64,000 nucleotides of DNA, taken from positions 5,353 through 69,352 of the forward strand of contig CAYWCR010000011.1 in assembly GCA_964456825.1 (NCBI GenBank), read 5' to 3'. This DNA comes from an uncultured Bacteroidales bacterium. Its GTDB lineage: Bacteria; Bacteroidota; Bacteroidia; Bacteroidales; UBA10428. Below, one piece after another: positions 58,222-64,000 of this stretch (the first letter of the stretch is position 1; the number at the start of each line of letters is the position of its first letter). The position numbers were made by a program, and so were the translations under genes. Under the pieces are notes generated by a model, which made no database searches, was not told the DNA's origin, and saw only the letters and a program-made list of their open reading frames with translations.

Positions 58222-58593
58222 TTAATTTACCTTGACGGTGGTTTTACTTATACCGGCACTGCCGTGCAGGTTGCAATGGCCCTGAGCTTCTACTGTTAAG
58301 CTTTCCGTGACAACATATTTATACTCCAGGATAAAATCGCCACCGGGAGGCAGGCTGTCTTTATCATATGGCCACTTTTTAACTTCTTTTCCGTTGATAT
58401 TCAGTATAACCCAATCGGTGTGATGAGATTTGCTGTTGCCTTTATGTAATACCGATAATACCAGTGTTACTTCAGTTCCCTTTTTAATTTCAGCCGGGGC
58501 TTTCACTTCGACACTCGTTTTATTGGCCAGAAGGCCGGCCGAAGTGAAGAGAAGAAGAGCAGGTAAAAGGAATAATAGCTTTTTCATGATCAA
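58222..58593 (-). CDS. Sec-exported SORL-domain (desulfoferrodoxin/superoxide-reductase-like) protein
   Basis: Signal peptide MIMKKLLFLLPALLLFTSAGLLA. VLHKGNSKSHHTDWVIL resembles the H..x..HH.I.W/YI block of SOR, and GHCNLHG matches the C-N-x-H-G metal-ligand motif. Confidence 0.55.
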   Translation of the reverse strand: MIMKKLLFLLPALLLFTSAGLLANKTSVEVKAPAEIKKGTEVTLVLSVLHKGNSKSHHTDWVILNINGKEVKKWPYDKDSLPPGGDFILEYKYVVTESLTVEAQGHCNLHGSAGISKTTVKVN

Positions 58594-58720
58594 AAGATTT
58601 TAATGGTTATACTAATTTAGTTATTCTTTATTCAGTGATCCTGCGGGCTGATTAAGCATACCTTATTCGGTATCCCTGTGTTTTTAATAAAAAGGAGTTG
58701 CCAGGCCGCTCAATGCAATG

Positions 58721-59314
58721 CTATTTCTCTTTTGCCCAGCTTTTCATTACACTGTATACTGAGCCGGCCCAGTAATTTCGAAATCCGATTCCGGATGCCT
58801 TTCCGACTATCCTGCGGCTATCAATGATCGCCTTTGTGTCAAGGTCAAAAAAGCACACATAATAACTCCCGGTCTGGGTTGACTTATTCAGGTTTTCAGC
58901 TATAAAAACCAGCGCCGTACCTGACTTTTCCGGTATTTTATATTTTTTTATGATCTTTGCGACCTCTTCCGGTTCCAGTTTGAAATCATTGTTGATCACA
59001 AAAGTGGAAGGGTCAATTTTGGCATTATTTTCATTCACCTGGTCGATACTGTTGGTAACGCCGCTTTTGTTAAAAAACTCCTTAATGTTAAATTTCTCAA
59101 TTTCAGTTATGATCAATGTATTGATCGACTGAAGGTATTGATTGACAATAACGGCAGGATCTTCCGGGACCAGGATGAATTTTGCCGCCGTAAAGTCTAC
59201 TCCAAGCCATACAACATCGGTAAGGCTAGAGGCCTTTGCCTTGTCCTGGGAAAAGGAAGAGGTGAATGATCCCAGAACAATAATTAAAACAGAAAGCATC
59301 ATTTTCATTTTCAT
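58721..59314 (-). CDS. secreted protein of unknown function, paralog of 49764..50456
   Basis: Signal peptide. Shares WLGVDF, VFIAENLNK and GIGFRNYWAGSVY blocks with the 230-aa protein at 49764..50456. Confidence 0.65.
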   Translation of the reverse strand: MKMKMMLSVLIIVLGSFTSSFSQDKAKASSLTDVVWLGVDFTAAKFILVPEDPAVIVNQYLQSINTLIITEIEKFNIKEFFNKSGVTNSIDQVNENNAKIDPSTFVINNDFKLEPEEVAKIIKKYKIPEKSGTALVFIAENLNKSTQTGSYYVCFFDLDTKAIIDSRRIVGKASGIGFRNYWAGSVYSVMKSWAKEK

Positions 59315-59455
59315 AATATTAAAGTTTACTGGTTTAGGATATGCTAAAATACAAAATTGTTGGCAACGAATATCATGCCACTAAAACACCAAAACAGGAA
59401 GATTTGTTTAAACAAAGAGTCCACAGTTAACATTGGACAGACCTTAGCCATCTTC

Positions 59456-59482
59456 AAACCTGCCTGCCGGCAGGCAGGTTTT
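59456..59482 (-). terminator. GC-rich palindromic hairpin downstream of the ligase gene
   Basis: aaacctgcctgccggcaggcaggttt is a perfect palindrome, 17 nt after the stop at 59499. The U-tract on the minus strand is short (TTT). Confidence 0.55.
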
Positions 59483-59498
59483 CAAATCCTCATACTCT

Positions 59499-60791
59499 TT
59501 ATCTTCTGTCAATCAGCTTCACCGGCTTCCTGCTCATGCTGGGATATTGAAGTTTAATAATGTAATCAACCGATTCAAAAGACACGGAAGGGGCGACCCG
59601 AAGTTTAGCCCTGAAATGATCTTTAATGGCCTTCTCAAAACTTTCGGACTGATTCTCAGATCCGATCCTGATCAGTATTTCATCTGTACCGATAGCATTG
59701 GTATACAGTTCAACCATGTAGTTTTTAACACCTTCAATATTTTCGAGTACATCGTATAAGGCAGGAGGATACAGGGTAGTTCCCTTGTATTTGATCATCT
59801 GGTTTTTCCGGCCAATCACCGGACCCAGCCGTAAGGTATTCCGTCCGCATTTACAGGGTTCATAATGGCCCTGGCAAATATCGCCGGTCTTGAACCTGAG
59901 CAAAGGCATGCCTTCAACACCAAGGGTTGAGATGGTCACTTCCCCGGCTTCTCCGCCGGGGACCGGTATATCGTTTTCATCGAGAAATTCGACAATGATC
60001 AGTTCGGGATGTTGATGGCCCCCGACCCCGTATCTGCATTCCGTAAAGGAAGTAGCCATTTCAGTTGATGCATAGGTGGAATAACAATGCAATTCAGGCC
60101 AGCGTTCATTGATTTTCTTTCCCAGGGTATTGAAGGAAAAATCGGTATTGCGCAGGGAATCGCCGATGCATACGGCTTTGGTAACGCCGGAAGAATGATG
60201 GTCAATCCCGTTTTTTTCAGCATAGTCAATGATGTTGAGCAGAAATGAAGGTACCGCGATTAAAGCGGTGGGGGAAAAGCGTTTTATGCTTTCCCACTGC
60301 AGTTCAGGAATACCGTTGCCCACCCGTATCATGGCCGCTTTAAGTCTTCTGGAGCCGAGAAAATAAGCAAGGCCTGCCATAAAACGGCGGTCAATGGTGG
60401 TCATCAGCTGAAAGATCTCATTTTGTGTGCAGTCGGCACAGCGGAAGCCAAGGTATTCGTTATAGGCGAGCCTGTCCAGATCATGATCGGTCATGGCAAA
60501 GGTTACAGGATCTCCCGAGGTTCCTGATGTGGTGATGTAGTCAATTATGTTGTCCCGGCTCACACAAATAAAATCATCATTCCTGGACTGCAGATCTTCC
60601 TTCCGGGTAGGAGGAATCTGCTGAAGGTCGCTCAGGCTTCTTATCTTCTCAATGTTTATGCCGTTTGATTTGAAATGATTCCTGTAAAATACGGAGTTAT
60701 GGTTCAGGTATTGAAGAAGGCCTTCAAGCGCTTTTTCCTGAAATAACGCAATCTCTTTTGCACTTTGTTTTTCAATTTCCGGTATGGGCAT
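59499..60791 (-). CDS. PaaK/coenzyme F390 synthetase-family adenylate-forming ligase (aryl-acid activating)
   Basis: 430 aa. AMP-binding P-loop TTSGTSGDPV, followed by YASTE and GD..RFKTGD-like blocks. Confidence 0.82.
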   Translation of the reverse strand: MPIPEIEKQSAKEIALFQEKALEGLLQYLNHNSVFYRNHFKSNGINIEKIRSLSDLQQIPPTRKEDLQSRNDDFICVSRDNIIDYITTSGTSGDPVTFAMTDHDLDRLAYNEYLGFRCADCTQNEIFQLMTTIDRRFMAGLAYFLGSRRLKAAMIRVGNGIPELQWESIKRFSPTALIAVPSFLLNIIDYAEKNGIDHHSSGVTKAVCIGDSLRNTDFSFNTLGKKINERWPELHCYSTYASTEMATSFTECRYGVGGHQHPELIIVEFLDENDIPVPGGEAGEVTISTLGVEGMPLLRFKTGDICQGHYEPCKCGRNTLRLGPVIGRKNQMIKYKGTTLYPPALYDVLENIEGVKNYMVELYTNAIGTDEILIRIGSENQSESFEKAIKDHFRAKLRVAPSVSFESVDYIIKLQYPSMSRKPVKLIDRR

Positions 60792-62487
60792 TTTTCGGTT
60801 TTTTTAATGATTTTCCTGACAGTTGCAGTATTTTATTACGCTGATCCGTTCCTGCCACTTCTTTTGACAGGGCAGCCTGATAATATTTATAGGCCTTTTC
60901 GTAATCTTTCATTTTGAGAAAATACTCTCCAAGATGAAAATAGGTCAGGTACAACTGCGGATTGGTTTGAATATATTGGTTTTCAAAAGAAGCAGGCAAC
61001 GGACTCTTTTCTCTCGAACAGGCTTTAAGTATTGAAGTCATTTCAAGGTATTTTACAAAAGCCTTATAGGCAGCCGAATGAAGGAATGTATCTTCAGGAA
61101 TGGTCAGTTCTTCGGCATAGATTTCCTGATCAGCCATGATTTGTTCCTTTTTCAGGGAAAAGATCTTTTCAAGATCATAGGCTACGAATTTGCCAAGCTG
61201 GTAAGGCGGGGTGGAAACCCAGACCAGTTGTTTTTCCGGTTTAAAAATAACGGCATGATGAGCGATCAGCTGATTCACGGCCAGCGGATTACCTATTCCC
61301 AACAGACTGCCTCCCTTTCCCAGTTGATCACGTAATATGGATACAGCATCGGAAACGTCAATGCTGTTATCCTGTTGCAATAATTCATTGATACGGTCAA
61401 ACCGGTAACGGCTGTCAGATCCCTTTATATTCTCAATATTAGCCTTGTCGGTCGAGAAGGCATCTCCCTGGAAATGGTTGGCGCACACGATCTGGTCCGC
61501 TGACGGATAAACTATATCATATTGATGCGGGGATTTTTCAATGATGGCCGATATGCCATCCTTCACTGAACCCACCAGGAGTGATTCAGAGACAAATAAT
61601 TTTCGTTTCCCGGCGATGGCATAGGCCTCATCCAGGGAGGATGCATACTGAAGTATCTCCCGTGCCAGCAATGTAACAGGCGTTGAGGCCTTGCCGGGAA
61701 TGGCGGATTTTGCAGCATTGAGGGTAACGGTCAGCCCTTTTTCATTCATGCCTGATACCACGCCAATCATATCAGCCCAGCTGACCATCATGAATTTATA
61801 CCCGTTTGATGGATTATAGAAACATACAATTTTGTTTTCTGCAAATTTCCGGCCGGCAAAAAAATCAAAATTACGGCCGATCAGCAGAGTGGAATCGGCA
61901 CTCTTGCCATTCCAGCAGGAAAAAGATGTACACCCGACCATGTTCAACCCCTGCAAAGCATGTCCTATGTCATGTGCGGCATGATAATGCAGCTGACGCT
62001 GGTATCCTGATCCGATAAAATCGTATTCGGGTGAACAGGAAAAGGATGTTCCATAGATTTCACGCTTGTATTCATCGGTAATGTTTTTATCAAGATTCCG
62101 GTTAAACCAGGCAATGAAATACTTCAGGAATTTCAAATAACCTTCAGATGGGACTAGTTCCCGTATCTGTTCCACAAATGCTGTCTCCTGATAATACAGC
62201 AGTTCTTTTGTCAGTTTGCCAAAAGCAACGCCACGCTCAAAGGGTTCACCTTCAATATACATTTCCCACAAACCGCTTTCACTTTTCCGGAGCCAGCTAT
62301 TGCCCACGATATACGTGTTTTCACCAACATTTTCGCGTTGCCAGTCCAGGCTTGATAAGTCCCTGACTACTGGCGGGCGATCCACCACCAGGATGAAAAA
62401 ACAGACGAGCAGAGCCGCAATTAACAGCGCTATCATCAGGAGCCATCTTACCCTTCTGTGCCGACGGTTTCCTTTTCTACTGTGCAT
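60772..62487 (-). CDS. membrane-anchored C45-family Ntn hydrolase/acyltransferase-like protein with a C-terminal TPR-like tail
   Basis: N-terminal TM helix (WLLMIALLIAALLVCFFILVV). GCTSFSCW followed by LLIGRNFDF resembles the autoproteolytic Gly-Cys site of acyl-CoA:6-APA acyltransferase/C45 peptidases. The C-terminus has YFHLGEYFLKMKDYEKAYKYYQAAL. Confidence 0.68.
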   Translation of the reverse strand: MHSRKGNRRHRRVRWLLMIALLIAALLVCFFILVVDRPPVVRDLSSLDWQRENVGENTYIVGNSWLRKSESGLWEMYIEGEPFERGVAFGKLTKELLYYQETAFVEQIRELVPSEGYLKFLKYFIAWFNRNLDKNITDEYKREIYGTSFSCSPEYDFIGSGYQRQLHYHAAHDIGHALQGLNMVGCTSFSCWNGKSADSTLLIGRNFDFFAGRKFAENKIVCFYNPSNGYKFMMVSWADMIGVVSGMNEKGLTVTLNAAKSAIPGKASTPVTLLAREILQYASSLDEAYAIAGKRKLFVSESLLVGSVKDGISAIIEKSPHQYDIVYPSADQIVCANHFQGDAFSTDKANIENIKGSDSRYRFDRINELLQQDNSIDVSDAVSILRDQLGKGGSLLGIGNPLAVNQLIAHHAVIFKPEKQLVWVSTPPYQLGKFVAYDLEKIFSLKKEQIMADQEIYAEELTIPEDTFLHSAAYKAFVKYLEMTSILKACSREKSPLPASFENQYIQTNPQLYLTYFHLGEYFLKMKDYEKAYKYYQAALSKEVAGTDQRNKILQLSGKSLKKPKNAHTGN

Positions 62488-63970
62488 TTCGAATCTTAGT
62501 TATTAAATAATTCATCCCCAGCAATTCTGAACAGGTAACAACAGAACCGATTGTTACCCCGATGACTCCATGAATACCGATATTCTGGCCCGTAAGCAAC
62601 AGGTTTGGGATACGAGTTCGGGGCAGAATCATGGCTTTTAGCGGGTTATGGTAATCCCGCTGAATCCCATATACCGATCCTTCATAGGACCCGATATAGT
62701 CACGGTAGGTCAATGGCGTTGATGTATAACAGGACCGGACTGATTTTTTTAATCCCGGCAACTGTTTTTCAACACGGTCAAGCAATAATTCAGCCTTCTG
62801 TTGCTTAAAGGCTTTGTAATCTGCTCCGCGGTTTTCAACCGTTGTGTTTTCCCAATGCTTTAACTCCTCCCATTTCATATAGGTATTTACGATAACCGAA
62901 TTGGTGAATCCCGGATTATTCGATACGGGCGAAAAATGAACCATATAGCCCTGCGGCCAGTTTTGAACGGAATAATCTCCGGTCTCCCAAAATTCATCTG
63001 TATCGTAATCGTATATGTTATAATTTCTATACCTGAATGAATTTTCATGAAGTGATAAATACAACGAGAACATACCGCAAGTTTCTTCATTACCTGTTAT
63101 TCTCCTGCGGTAGCTCATCCTTATCTGATGACCTTCAATAAGTTCCAGCAAACGCTTTGGATGAATATCCGCAATGAAATATTTTCCTTCAACGCGGTCT
63201 GAATTGTTGACCTCAACAGCCGCCATCTTCTCACTTTCAAACAGAAAACGGGTAGCTTTCATTTTGGTAAAGATAGCACCCCCGTTTTCAAGAATGGACG
63301 CAGAAAGAATATCACTGATCTGTGACCCCCCGTCGATAAACCGGTAAGCGCTCCCGATATACGTTGAGTGGATGATCATCGGAATGTATAACGGAGTTCG
63401 GTTTTTTACTCCGGCATACAGGGGTGACATGCTTAACAGGACTTTCTTTAGGTTGGGATTGGTGATTATGGAATCCAAAAAATGATCCATGCTCTGGCTG
63501 TAATATTCAAAATATTCGGGCTTGGCATCTTTTAACTCCGTCAGATTGTAAATATTAGCTGTTTGGGTGATTTCCTTAAGCTTGCTGATATATTTTGTGA
63601 GGGATTCGAGTTCACCGGGGAATTGTTGCAGCAGGGTATCAATAAACCTTTCATAGCCCATTGCAAATTTGTATTCCCTGTCATGATACCTTACAACATC
63701 ATAACCGTTTTCATCAAGCCGCATCAGTTTAAGCTTGTCTGACAGGCCTAAATACCTGAAAAAATTGTACAGCACCTGACCCTTGTCCATACCTCCTATA
63801 TAGTGCATACCCGTATCAAAGGTACTTCCGTCGCGTTTGAAAGTCTGAAGGCATCCTCCAAGCTGCTGATTTTTTTCGATCAGGCAAACGTTATAACCCT
63901 CACGGCTGAGAATATAAGCACATTGAAGCCCTCCTAATCCGCTGCCGATAATTACCACATCGTATTTCAT
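62477..63970 (-). CDS. FAD/NAD(P)-dependent oxidoreductase (phytoene-desaturase/CrtI-like family)
   Basis: N-terminal dinucleotide fold YDVVIIGSGLGGLQCAYILSREGYNVCLIEKNQQLGG. About 497 aa, with a C-terminal GQNIGIHG block. Confidence 0.85.
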   Translation of the reverse strand: MKYDVVIIGSGLGGLQCAYILSREGYNVCLIEKNQQLGGCLQTFKRDGSTFDTGMHYIGGMDKGQVLYNFFRYLGLSDKLKLMRLDENGYDVVRYHDREYKFAMGYERFIDTLLQQFPGELESLTKYISKLKEITQTANIYNLTELKDAKPEYFEYYSQSMDHFLDSIITNPNLKKVLLSMSPLYAGVKNRTPLYIPMIIHSTYIGSAYRFIDGGSQISDILSASILENGGAIFTKMKATRFLFESEKMAAVEVNNSDRVEGKYFIADIHPKRLLELIEGHQIRMSYRRRITGNEETCGMFSLYLSLHENSFRYRNYNIYDYDTDEFWETGDYSVQNWPQGYMVHFSPVSNNPGFTNSVIVNTYMKWEELKHWENTTVENRGADYKAFKQQKAELLLDRVEKQLPGLKKSVRSCYTSTPLTYRDYIGSYEGSVYGIQRDYHNPLKAMILPRTRIPNLLLTGQNIGIHGVIGVTIGSVVTCSELLGMNYLITKIRNAQ

Positions 63971-64000
63971 CTGGAACTTCCCTGAATGTTGGATTTATGC

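Noticed and set aside
1-64000. Scan for CRISPR arrays, rRNA genes, transposases/IS elements, prophage genes and toxin-antitoxin pairs.
   Set aside because: No regularly spaced direct repeats, no rRNA-like sequence, and no DDE/tyrosine/serine recombinase motifs were seen in any ORF. This scan was by eye only, so small or degenerate elements could have been missed.

Overview
This 64 kb window looks like a chromosomal segment from a Bacteroidota-type bacterium. The pointers are TAnnTTTG-like promoter elements, many SpII/SpI signal peptides, an frdCAB-type succinate dehydrogenase/fumarate reductase operon, a T9SS type-B C-terminal domain and a flexirubin/aryl-polyene cluster. I found about 60 protein genes and one tRNA-Ala(GGC), but no rRNA, CRISPR array, transposase or integrase. 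All family calls come from reading motifs in the supplied translations by eye; no database search was run.

Nt 1-25300 is mostly housekeeping: trxA, dnaE, a UvrA paralog, tonB, hflX, asd and sdhCAB. It also holds a signalling module of two PP2C phosphatases plus SiaB-like and SiaC-like proteins (17.8-21.8 kb). Nt 26390-30628 is a compact four-gene corrinoid methyltransfer island: a corrinoid protein, a URO-D/MtaA-family methyltransferase fused to thioredoxin-fold modules, a homocysteine S-methyltransferase-domain protein and a CobW-type GTPase. It resembles a split, rewired methionine synthase. Nt 30686-36834 is housekeeping again (aminopeptidase P, CPBP protease, dusB, acyltransferase).

Nt 36973 to the window end is a large flexirubin/aryl-polyene-type type II PKS-like pigment cluster. 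It includes an MMPL-acyltransferase-methyltransferase triple fusion, a GT2-DUF2062 protein, a tyrosine/histidine ammonia-lyase, three ketosynthases plus a CLF-like partner, two ACPs, two hot-dog dehydratases and FabG. It also has a LolA-like protein, a thioesterase, a PaaK-like ligase, a C45 Ntn-hydrolase-like protein and an FAD oxidoreductase.

The parts of that cluster I cannot explain from known families are:
- a terminator-insulated insert encoding a Sec-exported SORL (superoxide-reductase-like) domain protein plus an unannotated 56-aa two-TM His-containing ORF
- a pair of paralogous secreted proteins of unknown function
- a B12-radical-SAM gene translationally coupled to an LpxL-type acyltransferase
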